Source: Schmidtea polychroa (taxonomy: Eukaryota). From it: a stretch of DNA of 64,000 bases. Position numbers and translations under genes: made by a program. Of this stretch, positions 27,301 to 62,900 are shown piece after piece (the first letter of the stretch is position 1; the number at the start of each line of letters is the position of its first letter). The DNA is taken from assembly GCA_044892525.1 (NCBI GenBank), contig CM097885.1, positions 6,016,001 to 6,080,000 of the forward strand. Direction: 5' to 3'. Under the pieces are notes generated by a model. It saw nothing but the letters and a program-made list of their open reading frames with translations. It was not told the DNA's origin and made no database searches.

Positions 27301-28508
27301 AAAGAGAAAATTTGTCCCCCTTCATCACCACCGACTGTTTATTATCATCTATTTTCACATTATCGATTAATATCTAGTGTTACATTTGACACAACATTTT
27401 TAAGGGTTTCTGGAAAAATTAAATCTGCTCCGTCCTTCCAAATACCGAAAATATCGTATAGGAAGGGGGTGATAACCCCCCCCCCCCCCCCTTGCGCTCA
27501 CCCAGCAATTATTGCGACATTTACCAGCTAAAAAGGGAACTACCAGTTATATAAACCGAAACTAAGGATCTTATTGATATTTACTTCCTCGACCCGATTA
27601 ATATCCGAGGCTATCGTGTGAATATATGGAACAATATTAGACCAATCAAAAAAGGGGACCAAAAACCCTCCTAGCCAATTACCATCAAGCATAACCGAGC
27701 AAAAGGAAATTACCGCTCCTAATAAATAGCAAATACCGCCTTCCTTGACCCGATAAATATCCGAGGCTATCGTGTGAATATATGGAACAATATTAGACCA
27801 ATCAAAAAGGGGTACCAAAAACTCCGCAATTTAGAACGGATTGATTGACTGGCCCACCAAAAAAATCCCCAACTTATTCATTTATTAAATTAAAATGATA
27901 TATAAAACAAAAATTATTTCAAAAAAAAACGATTGTGATTAAATTTTTACAGGAAATAAATAAAATTTAAATTAACCGCTTAATATGAAGTTTATATAAA
28001 TATATTCTCACTAACATTTTGATTAACTGACTCATCAGAAATGTTGAACCGGTTGTTGCTAGATGGTAAATTGAATTTCTCTAAAATTATTTCCACTAAT
28101 TGTTCTTTTTCTTTACAAGATGCACAGGAAATGTTTCTACGATTTAAATACCAAATCAAGTCTTTTGATTTCAATTTCATTAATTCCGACCAGCCAAAAT
28201 TTGGGGACATAAAAATTTGACATCTATAACAAATATAGATGGATTCTAAAATGTCAATTGATGGTAATTTAAAAATCTTTAAAAAGACCTTTGTAATGCT
28301 TTACACAGTCAACACAATAATTTTCCATACAGTTTACACATTTTCGTTTTTTAAACGATATGAAATTAAAGGCTGCTTGACAAGCTACGCATTTATTTGG
28401 AGAATTAGATGAATATTTGGATAAGGATTTTGGAAAGTTTAAGTCCATAGACTCCAACTGAGATATTCGAGCATTTATTGTTTCATTAAAGCTTGCAGAA
28501 TTACCCAT
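24322..28508 (-). CDS. RNF34/RFFL: RNF34/RFFL (CARP)-like FYVE-RING E3 ubiquitin ligase, ~345 aa, 5 exons
   Basis: Exons 28508-28289, 28245-28016, 25405-25280, 24829-24574 and 24527-24322, all GT-AG with consistent phases. Contains FYVE-like CVAC..CVNC..YCVDC..CYRC, two helical repeats ([36 protein letters not shown]) and a C-terminal [41 protein letters not shown]. The exon 2/3 junction has an alternative in-frame solution. Confidence 0.93.
25795..26430. repeat. Degenerate (TTA)n low-complexity tract in RNF34 intron 2
   Basis: Imperfect trinucleotide repeat with internal block duplications. Confidence 0.9.
27584..27822. repeat. ~80-bp direct repeat pair, 156 bp apart
   Basis: GACCCGAT(T/A)AATATCCGAGGCTATCGTGTGAATATATGGAACAATATTAGACCAATCAAAAA... 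at 27591 and 27747. Confidence 0.9.
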
Positions 28509-28818
28509 GTTTATAATTTTAATTATAAATCTACTTGAATAACATAATATAAGAAAATTAAATGTAGAATAATGGAAATTTAAATAAATTTTGCTTAAAT
28601 TAATTATATTTAAATATTAAAACAAAACAACTTTCACGTTCAAACCTATATGCACGGACCTTAAAAGCTTTGGCGGCCTAAATAAATTAGATTGAACAAT
28701 AACTGCTTGCAAAAATATTAGACTAATATATAATTTGAAAAAAAATCGAATAAAAGGTATATAAATGACCTGAAAACTCAAGCATTAAAAGCCAAATATA
28801 CAAACTAGAATCTAGTAA

Positions 28819-29580
28819 CGTTGGGTTTTATTAATTCAAGTTGGTAACCTTTGACTCCACGTATCCTTTTAATCGTAAATATCAAAACATTAAACTACCC
28901 AACGTATATTTGAATCCCAAATCTCTCAAAATCCAAAGATACACTCAATAACAGAGTTTTACCAGTTTAATTGGTTCTCCTCTCGGCGCGGATCCTTTGT
29001 CAAAATCTTTATCATTATTCACCTTTTAATTGAACTTTTTCTATTTGATCTGGTCCACTTCCGATTCAATTTTCTTCTCACGTCTCGAATATTTCCGTTC
29101 GTTTCCCTAACTTCCTGATTACTCAAAGCTCGGTTTCTTCGTGCCCCTAGACGAGGCAAAATGGCGGTTTTCTCTGATTTTCCCATTCCTTGTGTACTCT
29201 TCGAAATCGGGATTGCAGAGGATTATTGCCGAGCCAATCTCTATCTTGACATTCGACTCAACATATCTGCTTCAGCTGTCGCCCAGAATGGTCCGACGAA
29301 CAAAGATAATTTATGGCTCTCCCATCCTTTCTGCATGCAAAATCTTTTTCTTGGTCTTTTCCCATTAATCATTGTGACAAGATAATGGGCCTAAATTTTT
29401 CTTCTGTTTATTTTTCTCTTTGTTTACCCAACTCGGGATTTCTTTCTATTAGCTAATTAATTAATTAATTAATTAATTTCATTTAATTGTTTTTCATCTT
29501 TTACGCACCTTTACGCACTCTTACTAGCACTTTCTGAAAATTCCGTTATCACCATGTTTTTTCCTCGCTACCAGTTCCAC
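28819..29580 (-). mobile_element. Truncated LTR-like element related to 12486-13390
   Basis: Minus strand shares AAATATACGTTGGG..ACGTGGAGTCA..AAAACCCAAC and the (AATT)n-GCTAAT block with 12486-13390. The far end was not found. Confidence 0.65.
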
Positions 29581-29651
29581 CCATGACCAATTTTCTAGAC
29601 TTTAACTCGAATTTATGAATCTGCGAATTTTATAATGCATATTGTTTTATT

Positions 29652-30350
29652 ATTAAATTAAGTTAGTGAGCGTAACAATGTAGAAAATACGCATTTTTAT
29701 GTTTAATAATTTTTTGTACGCCTCCATTTAGTCCAATCATTGCGGCAGAACCGTCATGTGTTTGTGTGATTAATTCATTATGATCATAGGACAAAATAAT
29801 TTTCGAATGTTCCAATAAATATTCTGCTAAACCTTCAGCTAATTGAATTAAAAAAAACCATAAAATCTTTCATACACAGTACATTCTCGTACTTACCAAA
29901 AAACAATTACCTGTTGTGTATGCTCCGAAACGTCTGCGCTATTATCTGCCATAAAACCTAGATATTTAGCTTTTTCAATCTGTTTACATATTTCATCTTT
30001 ACACACTTTTAAAATACAATAAAAAAGTTCATTCTGAATAGTTTTTGCTCTGATTTCTGAAAATGATTTTTCGAATCTATATCTAATTTCTCCTAAAATT
30101 GTAATAATATTTCAACAAAAATGCCTCGCTTCATCATACATTTAGATAAGAACCTTTTAATGTGATGATAGGTATTTCTCAAATTACTCTAATCTGGTTT
30201 TTGGAGTTCTACATTAACTGATTGGCATATTGCTGAAAATCTATCATTGAAGCCAATTCTGCTTAATTCATGAGCTGAGAAAACTTTTGCCTTTTCTCCA
30301 TTTATAATTATGGTACTGTCAGTAGTGCTTATCATCAGCGGTGGTTAGCA
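29652..30350 (-). pseudogene. Decayed hAT transposase (Tip100/ZMYM1-like)
   Basis: Fragments AKTIQNELF, CKDEICKQIEKAKYLGFMADNSADVSEHTQQVIVF and QTHDGSAAMIGLNGGVQKIIKHKNAYFLHCYAH*LNL. Confidence 0.82.
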
Positions 30351-30467
30351 TCACAGATATCCTCATATGTATGTTCGTTTTAAATTAAAAATTTGGAGTT
30401 TAATTATTGTTCTTTTGTGTACAATTTTTATTATGTAGACTGTGTGAACCGTCATATTCATCTATAA

Positions 30468-33094
30468 CAGGGGTGGCAAAACTTTCAAGTCTTGCGGGCG
30501 ACTTTTAACTAAATTAAATCTGGCGGTCTACCAGAAAAACTATTTTCAATTGTTACCTGTAGTTATTCTATTTATTCTATTTAAATACAAAACGAATTAG
30601 AAAAAACTTATAATACTTTACTAGAACGTAAACATATCTTAATATAATATTATTTACTGCTACTACTTGCACCTGATACGTGGCACTGCATCTTATCAGC
30701 AAGTTCTTCGTATTTCGGGCAATAGGAGCTTATGGCGATCCTCAAGCATGATTCCAAATGATCATCTGTCAAACAAGATCGATGTTTTGTTTTAATGACA
30801 TTCATTGAAGAAAAGGCTGATTCACAAAGATAGGTGGATCCAAAAAATGCGGACATATATCCAACTACTCTCCGCAAAATTGGATATTTTTCTTCTGAAA
30901 TAAGATTCCAAAAATTATCTTCGGTTGTAGCTCTTGATTTTAAGTAAATGTCGCTTTTCAACGCTATTATCTCATCTTCTAAGCAAGCTGAATCTGAATC
31001 CAGAAATTCATTAATCTGAGTAGCGATCTCCTCTGTATCAATAACATTATTAAACGGGAATGACATGAACATAGCAATATTTGCAATTTTAGATAAATCT
31101 GCGAAACATGTGTTAAATTCATTTAAAAGGGTAGTAATTTGATTTGTATATTTATCGTAAAGAATTCCTGGCGCATTTTTGGATTCTTCTTCCATGTTTT
31201 TAAAATGTTTCAAATCACCCCGTTCTAGTTGACGCACAAACAAGGACAGTTTCTCTTTAAACGTCTTTACTGCCGTTATCATGTCAAGAATTGATTTGTG
31301 TCTCCCCTGAAGCTGTAAATTTAATTTATTCAGGTGCTCTGTAATGTCGCAAAGAAAAGCAAGATTTATCAGCCAACTTTTATCCTCCAGTTCGGGATAT
31401 AATTCTTCTCTTCCAGTCAAAAACTGTTTTATTCCGGGCAAAAGATCTCTAAATCGTTTTAAAAATGCTGCACGGCTAAGCCATCTTACATCCGTGTGTA
31501 ACAATAATTCAGTATTTTCAATTTCACATTGTTCAAGCAAAGTTCGAAATTGACGTCGTTGTAGACTTCTTGCACGTATCGAATTTACTATTTTAAACGC
31601 AATATTCATTACATAGTTAGAGTTCAACATTTTGGAGCATAAGGTTTGCTGGTGGATAATGCAATGATACGAATGAAAACTGGGAATTTCTTCATCATTT
31701 TTGCAAAGTGTTACAAATCCGACATGTTTTCCGATCATAGACGGAGCTCCATCCGTGGTAATTGATACCAACTTGTGAATCGGGAAATGGGTGCGACTTA
31801 TAAAAGACTTGAATAAATTGTAAATATCTTGACCCCTTGTTTGTCCTTTCATTGGAAGAATAGTCAATAATTCTTCTCTGGTTGACATATTATCAAAAAC
31901 CATTCGAATGAAGATGCATAGTTGCGCAGTATCAGTGAAATCTGTAGATTCATCAAATTGCAAAGAGAAAAAGCGGCATTTTCGAATATCTTGCCGCAAA
32001 ATATCTTCCAAGTTTTTGCTAATGTCCACCATTCTTTGCGTGCTAGTATTGCGCGTCAATGACATATTGTTGATACAATCCATTATTTCGGATTTATTTT
32101 TAAAATCTTTGAATAACACCTCACCAGCTTCAACAAACGCCTGTTTCCATATTTCGCCATCTCCAAAAGGTTTTTTATGTTTCATCAAAATATTAACTAC
32201 CTTGAATGATGCTAGGGTAGCTGTTTTTGATTTTGAGTTAAATTTCGTAAAAAAAGTTTGTTGTGCACCTAATTGAGACTTTAACTGCTTGACTTTGTCT
32301 TTTCGTACCTCGGAATGTAATGGAAAGTCAATTTCATACTGTTTGTGCACTGTTCGAAAATGTCGTTCAACGTTAGCTCTTTTAGGTAGTGCTACGTTTG
32401 AATTACAAATGAGACAAACACACTTATCTTTCATCATTATGAAAAAAAATTCCTGTTCCCATTCAGTATTATAATGGTACGTTTTAGTTTTTTTGGCCGG
32501 TTGTGTCATTGGGGCTAAAACAAGAAAATAATAAAAGCTAAAATAAATTAAATATGAAAATTAATGTTAAACACACTTACATACTCAACAATTACAAATG
32601 TTAACTTTTATAAAGAATTTTTTTTAATAAAAAAATTTTGAAATTAATATTATAAGCAGGTATTATTCAATACTGAATACTTCAAGCTTTCAAATTTTTC
32701 TAACGAAAACAATTTGATTTCAAAATTGAAATAGACAAACACACGTTTGTTGTATTTTATTTTGGTTGTTTTTTATTCCTTATCGAAGATTGTAGCGTCA
32801 ATGTTTTGCATTTATTTTATGGCCTACTTGTTCAAACACATGAAATTTATTCTGATTATTAGCTAACTGCATATATTTGAATTTCAAACTAAAAATTTAC
32901 TACACTCTGAGTGTTATCTGACTAATATTATGTTTCTTATTGGAATTTTTTTGTCATATGAATCGAAACTTATTTTAAATATGTTTATAAAGTTAGAAAT
33001 TCAATAAATAAAAAACTGATTTTTATATGCAATTTTCCATAGTGCTAGCGGGCTACTTTCGATAGCTACGCGGTCGACGCTTTTGCCAGCCCTG
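30468..33094 (-). mobile_element. Full-length, apparently autonomous hAT (Buster family) DNA transposon, 2627 bp
   Basis: TIRs CAGGGGTGGCAAAA / TTTTGCCAGCCCTG (1 mismatch). Perfect TSD ATCTATAA (30460-30467, 33095-33102). Intact transposase ORF. Confidence 0.96.
30650..32509 (-). CDS. hAT transposase, GTF2IRD2/EPM2AIP1-like, 619 aa
   Basis: BED finger CLIC..RHFRTVH, catalytic D (SLQFDESTD), D (ITTDGAPSM), CxxH (HCIIH), VRWLS, and E (STYLCESAFS) in the hAT dimerization region. No stops. Confidence 0.96.
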   Translation of the reverse strand: MTQPAKKTKTYHYNTEWEQEFFFIMMKDKCVCLICNSNVALPKRANVERHFRTVHKQYEIDFPLHSEVRKDKVKQLKSQLGAQQTFFTKFNSKSKTATLASFKVVNILMKHKKPFGDGEIWKQAFVEAGEVLFKDFKNKSEIMDCINNMSLTRNTSTQRMVDISKNLEDILRQDIRKCRFFSLQFDESTDFTDTAQLCIFIRMVFDNMSTREELLTILPMKGQTRGQDIYNLFKSFISRTHFPIHKLVSITTDGAPSMIGKHVGFVTLCKNDEEIPSFHSYHCIIHQQTLCSKMLNSNYVMNIAFKIVNSIRARSLQRRQFRTLLEQCEIENTELLLHTDVRWLSRAAFLKRFRDLLPGIKQFLTGREELYPELEDKSWLINLAFLCDITEHLNKLNLQLQGRHKSILDMITAVKTFKEKLSLFVRQLERGDLKHFKNMEEESKNAPGILYDKYTNQITTLLNEFNTCFADLSKIANIAMFMSFPFNNVIDTEEIATQINEFLDSDSACLEDEIIALKSDIYLKSRATTEDNFWNLISEEKYPILRRVVGYMSAFFGSTYLCESAFSSMNVIKTKHRSCLTDDHLESCLRIAISSYCPKYEELADKMQCHVSGASSSSK

Positions 33095-33239
33095 ATCTAT
33101 AACATAAGCCATTATTTATTGCCATGGATTTAATTAAATGTCACTTTTTGGCTATGATACACACACACATTTATTATAGATAGGTTTTATTTATATTATT
33201 AATTTTTAAATCAATGTCCATTTAGCCATTTTCTGTGTT

Positions 33240-34130
33240 ACTGAGAGCACATTAAAATTGATTATCACACGCTTACATTGATATAAATTCTCATCGATTA
33301 AATAACAGATAAAACTATAGATATAATTAGACAGCACTTTAAAATCGATTATTATTATAAATACAGTGAGAACAGAAATATCGATTATTGAAATTATTAC
33401 CGAGAACACATTAGTATCGATTATAAATAATAAATATAATATAGAGCACAGATATATCGATTATTTATATTATTACTGAGAACACATTATTATTGAATAT
33501 TATAATTATTACACAGCATATTTCTATAGACTATCAATAATAATAATAATACAAATAATACATTAACATCAATTATTTTTTATAAAAAACCGAATATTGA
33601 TTATTGAAATCACATTAGTATCGAACATCAATAATAATTAAGATAACACAGAAATATCGATATAATTACACACTTAATTATCGATTATTGATATTATTAC
33701 CGAGCACATTAGTATCGATTATTGATATTATTACCGAGAGCACATTAGTATCGATTATTGATATCATTATCAGGAGCACATTAATATAGATTATTGATAT
33801 CATTATCAGGAGCACATTAATATAGATTATTGATATTATTAGAAAGAGCACATTAGTATCGATTATTGATATTATTACCGAGAGCACATTAGTATCGATT
33901 ATTGATATTATCACCGAAAGCACATTAGTATCGATTATTGATATTATTACCAAGAGCACATTAGTATCGATTATTGATATTATCACCGAGAGCACATTAG
34001 TATCGATTATAAATAATAACAATAATATTGAGAGCACAGAAATATCGACATAATTACCAAAAGCACATAATTATCGATTAATGACATTATTTCTATTACT
34101 ACCGAAAAGCACCCAAATATCGATTAGCAT
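33240..34130. repeat. 36-bp minisatellite (core ~33680-34010, degenerate flanks)
   Basis: Unit AGAGCACATTAGTATCGATTATTGATATTATTACCG, ~9 good copies. Confidence 0.92.
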
Positions 34131-34232
34131 CAAAATATAAAATACGGGAACCGAAAGCACAAAAATAGAAAAATCAATATTTATTTACAGAGAATGGGAA
34201 ATGTAAAACAAAATCACAAAATAATCAACATA

Positions 34233-57471
<23,239 letters not shown>

Positions 57472-59929
57472 TTGGATAATTCGTGTTATCTATATCTTTA
57501 TAATTAAATATCTGTACGAAACTTCAGAGAGATTTTGAGACATTCTGAAAACTTATTCAAGCATGAAGCTGGGACAAAGATTCACTTTACATATAAATAT
57601 TTTTAGCAAATTCGTCTGATACATATATTTTTGATATTTCATTTTATTAATGAAGAAGTCTCACATTCTTAAATTATTTTAAAATTATTCAATGAACATA
57701 GTGGAGCAAAGGAAAATATAGAGAAATATGACTCAAAATGTTATGGAGGGTTTTAAAATAAAAAGTTAAACGATAAATGATCTAAAGGAACCACTATTAG
57801 ACTTTTGAGCTTGGCAGAGGAAACACTAGAGAATGTAATTCACCATAACTCAATGAGGTTATAAAAGGTCATGTTTTGATTATTCTTTATTCGGTTAGCT
57901 TTTAAAGTTTCAAAATTAAAATTTCTAATGTTTATAATAATTTCGAAATACTTAAAATTGTTTCAAATGTTTAGGAATAAATCTCAGATCCCAAAATTTT
58001 TAGTTTTTGAATTAGTGTATAACTTTACATGTGAAACATAAATAGGAGATGTTGCATCGGATTTATGGAGAAAATTGGCTGAAAGGTTTGAGCATAGAAC
58101 AAATTATAAAGGAACGAAAAATTTAAATAATTTTAAAATATAGTGTAAAAAATTGATAATTATTGGGAAAGGGTATTGTATGAGGCACTGGTAATTAAAT
58201 CACAATCTTCTACAATTAATATTCAATCAGCAGAGAATTTATTGAAATTATGTAATTAAATCATAGCGATTGCATGATTATTGATTTCCATTTATAATAT
58301 TTGACTAAAATAAGAAATTGATGGAAGTGCAAAAGCCAGAGAAATTGTTGAAGCACAGAAAGATACAATACTGAGGAATGCTATCATAAATCTAAGAAGG
58401 TCAGATCAAAAAATATTTTCAAATTAATTAACCTGCCAATGAGAGAACAAAATTGTAGCATCGAATAGAAAATTTGCCAAAAAAGACCCATACTTATTTT
58501 AAATATTTATTATTATATCTTAATATTCCGTATTTGCTAATTGACGCATATTATTTGTAAATAGGTTCCATTGTTACAATTCTACGAAATCTAAAGATAA
58601 ATTTGACCAAGTTTTATGATTACTTATTAGCTGAGGCAATTTTGTTTCAATATTTATTTATTGGTGTTAAAAATGGCGATATAGATGAAGTGCACTTCCT
58701 CCTTAAATGGTAAAAGACTAATAGATCCATTTATATTTGGATTTTTTTTAGATTTTCTTAATCAGAGAATATTCTTGACCTACCATTTTTGAAAAACTTA
58801 TGTAAAATTGCTACATTGATATCTTCCAAGAAAACAAATACTAATGTTATTAATTGCTTGACTCGCTAATTATCAATAGTGACTCAGAAAATCATATTCA
58901 AAAAATATTTATTATATTATTTTTTTATTTATAATTTTATTTTTCATATTTTCAAAAATTTGGTGACTTCCCTCGTCCTTCTTTTTATGTACCAATGTTA
59001 ACCATAACTTTGTGAAACTTTTTTATCGGAGATAATTTCGTAATTAGCTCTAGGATGGAATGGTAACAATTTTATGCGCTATTTAATTTTTATAATTAAG
59101 TGTTCATGAAAGGCAGCTTGAACATATCATTTTCCTATTATCAATATAATTTGAAGTGAAAAATCGTTACATTAATTTGAAAAATAAACGAAATTATAGG
59201 AAATTTACAGCAGTGAGATTTAATTTTTAATAATTTGTTGTGTATTTGTTGGGTAGGTCGTTGTTTTTTGGGCTGACTCTCGTCTTTTAATGTAATATAT
59301 TGCTTTCATTTACTCCAATTTTATAGTTATTATTTTTCTTTTAATTCACGATTAAACTTTAAATTATCTATCAAATAAATTCAATTTCAAATTTCAATAT
59401 TCTCAATCAATAGTATAAAATGATGATTACTTGGTAGCAGCATTAATTAAATTTTAAACAATTAAATGACAATTTAAGCCTTTTGCTGCGAATAATATAT
59501 TTAATACAAATGAAAAAAATTTCGACTATTAATATAATTTTCTGTCAATATTAATTTATAAATTCAATTTCAGTCATCTCTATAAATTCAAAAATCAATA
59601 ACACTGTTCTCTTTCACGTTTTGTTGGTTTCACAATTGGTTTAATTAGTTATTAATTATATTTTATATATCTTCATATGATACCAAGCAAATTCAAAATT
59701 TGAGTTCTCAACCTAATTTTTAGAAATTGGGCAAAAAGATGAAACATTAACGGATACACTAGCCAGATGAAACAAAATAAAATCAGCGCAAAAACTGATA
59801 AATAAAATATCAGTTAAGATTTTTAGTAGAATTGTGATTAATTTGTAACATTTTCAAATGATTATTTTCATCAGCTGATCTATTAGAAATATTATTAGAA
59901 ACGCACAAATCAATAAAAATTACAGAATT

Positions 59930-62900
59930 ATAAAAAATAATTGACTATTTTTCATTTATAACTTCTTGGAAAAGGTAAAAATAAAATCAAAAAATACTTA
60001 ACAGCAAGAGGAACAAAGGACTCCCTTTATTTACACTTGTAGATTGCAATGAATATTAAAGTTTTTTAAAATATTTTTAACTATTTCTAGTGAAAACTCT
60101 TCGAATAAGGTAAAAATAAAAGATAAAATTATTTGACGGCAAGAAAATGTTGAAAGGGGAACAAGGGATCTTCTTTGATTTAGAAAAGTAGAATAGAAGG
60201 AATTTTAAGATTTTGTAATATTAAAAGCCAATTTCCAGTTAAGCATTTGGAACAAAATATAAATTAAAACCATAAATACCTCAAAAGAAGCACAGATTGC
60301 CAAGGGGTACACTAGCACCTCTTTATATATACATAAGTAGAATGGAATGAATATTATAGTTTTTTTTAATATTTTGAACATTTTCTAGTTAATTTTCCGA
60401 AATAAAATCCAAAATACCTCACATTATGCATAAATTGCTAAGGGACGCGAAACTCCTCCTTTTAGTTACACATGTAGATTGAAATGAATATTATGGTCTT
60501 TTTTAATTTCTTATACGTCTCTAGTTAATAACTTTATAAAAAAAGTAAGTATAATGAAAAATAAGCTCCAAGAGATCTCAAATCAAGAACAAATTGCTGG
60601 GAGGGGAATAAAAGTTCCACTTCATTTACACATATAATGGAATGATTTTTTAATATTTTAAGATATTTTATTTCTGGTACAAATTTTCTAAAAAAAATAA
60701 AATAAAATCTTAAAACATCAAACAACATGTTTAAATTGTTGGGGATACCGGAACCCTTCTTTCGGTTACACAAGTAGTATGAAATGAATTTTAAGATTTT
60801 TTTTGTTATTTTAAACATTTTCTTGTCTAAAGTCTTAAATAAATTGAAATAAAATCCAAAATGTCACGCAAAATAAATAGATTGCTGGGGGACACCAGGA
60901 CCCCCTTTTTGGTTACACAAGTAGAATGGAATGAATTTTAAGATTTTCTTTAATATTTTAAACAGTTTCTTGTCTAAAGTCCTAAATAAATTGAAATAAA
61001 ATCCAAAATACCACGCAAGATACAGAGATTGCTATGAGACACCAGGACCCCCCTTTTTGGGTTACACAAGTAGAATGGAATGGATTTTAAGATTTTTTTT
61101 AGTATTTTAAACATTTTCTTGTCTAAAGTCCTAAACAAATTGAAATAAAATCCAAAATACCACGCAAAATAAATAGATTGCTGGGGGACACCAGGACCCC
61201 CCTTTTTGGTTACACAAGTAGAATGGAATGGATTTTAAGATTTTTTTTAGTATTTTAAACATTTTCTTGTCTAAAGTCCTAAATAAATTGAAATAAAATC
61301 CAAAATACCACGCAAAATAAATAGATTGCTGGGGGACACCAGGACCCCCCTTTTTGGTTACACAAGTAGAATGGAATGAATTTTAAGATTTTTTTTAATA
61401 TTTTAAACAGTTTCTTGTCTAAAGTCCTAAATAAATTGAAATAAAATCCAAAATACCACGCAAGATACAGAGATTGCTATGGGACACCAGGACCCCCCTT
61501 TTTGGGTTACACAAGTAGAATGGAATGGATTTTAAGATTTTTTTCAAATATTTTAAATATTTTCTTGTCTAAATTGCTAAATAAATTGAAATAAAATCCA
61601 AAATACCACGCAAGATAAATAGATTGCTGGGGGACACCAGGACCCCCTTTTCGGTTACACAAGTAGAATGAAATGGATTTTAAGATTTTTTTTAGTATTT
61701 TAAACATTTTCTTGTCTAAAGTCCTAAATAAATTGAAATAAAATCCAAAATACCACGCAAGATAAATAGATTGATGGGGGACACCAGGACCCCTTTTTGG
61801 TTACACAAGTAGAATGGAATGGATTTTAAGATTTTTTTTAATATTTTAAACAGTTTCTTGTCTAAAGTCCTAAATAAATTGAAATAAAATCCAAAATACC
61901 ACGCAAGATACAGAGATTGCTATGGGACACCAGGACCCCCCTTTTTGGGTTACACAAGTAGAATGGAATGGATTTTAAGATTTTTTTTAGTATTTTAAAC
62001 ATTTTCTTGTCTAAAGTCCTAAATAAATTGAAATAAAATCCAAAATACCACGCAAAATAAATAGATTGCTGGGGGACACCAGGACCCCCCTTTTTGGGTT
62101 ACACAAGTAGAATGGAATGGATTTTAAGATTTTTTTTAATATTTTAAACAGTTTCTTGTCTAAAGTCCTAAATAAATTGAAATAAAATCCAAAATACCAC
62201 GCAAGATACAGAGATTGCTATGGGACACCAGGACCCCCCTTTTTGGGTTACACAAGTAGAATGGAATGGATTTTAAGATTTTTTTCAAATATTTTAAATA
62301 TTTTCTTGTCTAAATTGCTAAATAAATTGAAATAAAATCCAAAATACCACGCAAGATAAATAGATTGCTGGGGGACACCAGGACCCCCTTTTCGGTTACA
62401 CAAGTAGAATGAAATGGATTTTAAGATTTTTTTTAGTATTTTAAACATTTTCTTGTCTAAAGTCCTAAATAAATTGAAATAAAATCCAAAATACCACGCA
62501 AGATACAGAGATTGCTGGGGGACACCAGGACCCCCTTTTTGGTTACACAAGTAGAATGGAATGAATTTTAAGATTTTTTTTAATATTTTAAACAGTTTCT
62601 TGTCTAAAGTCCTAAATAAATTGAAATAAAATCCAAAATACCACGCAAGATACAGAGATTGCTATGGGACACCAGGACCCCCCTTTTTGGGTTACACAAG
62701 TAGAATGGAATGGATTTTAAGATTTTTTTCAAATATTTTAAATATTTTCTTGTCTAAATTGCTAAATAAATTGAAATAAAATCCAAAATACCACGCAAGA
62801 TAAATAGATTGCTGGGGGACACCAGGACCCCCTTTTCGGTTACACAAGTAGAATGAAATGGATTTTAAGATTTTTTTTAGTATTTTAAACATTTTCTTGT

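Noticed and set aside
31344..32474. + strand ORFs overlapping the transposase
   Set aside because: These are antisense shadows of the real ORF. The same applies to 15050-15394, 34194-34476 and 46773-47575.
33678..34037. 119-aa repetitive hydrophobic ORF
   Set aside because: It is the translation of the 36-bp minisatellite.
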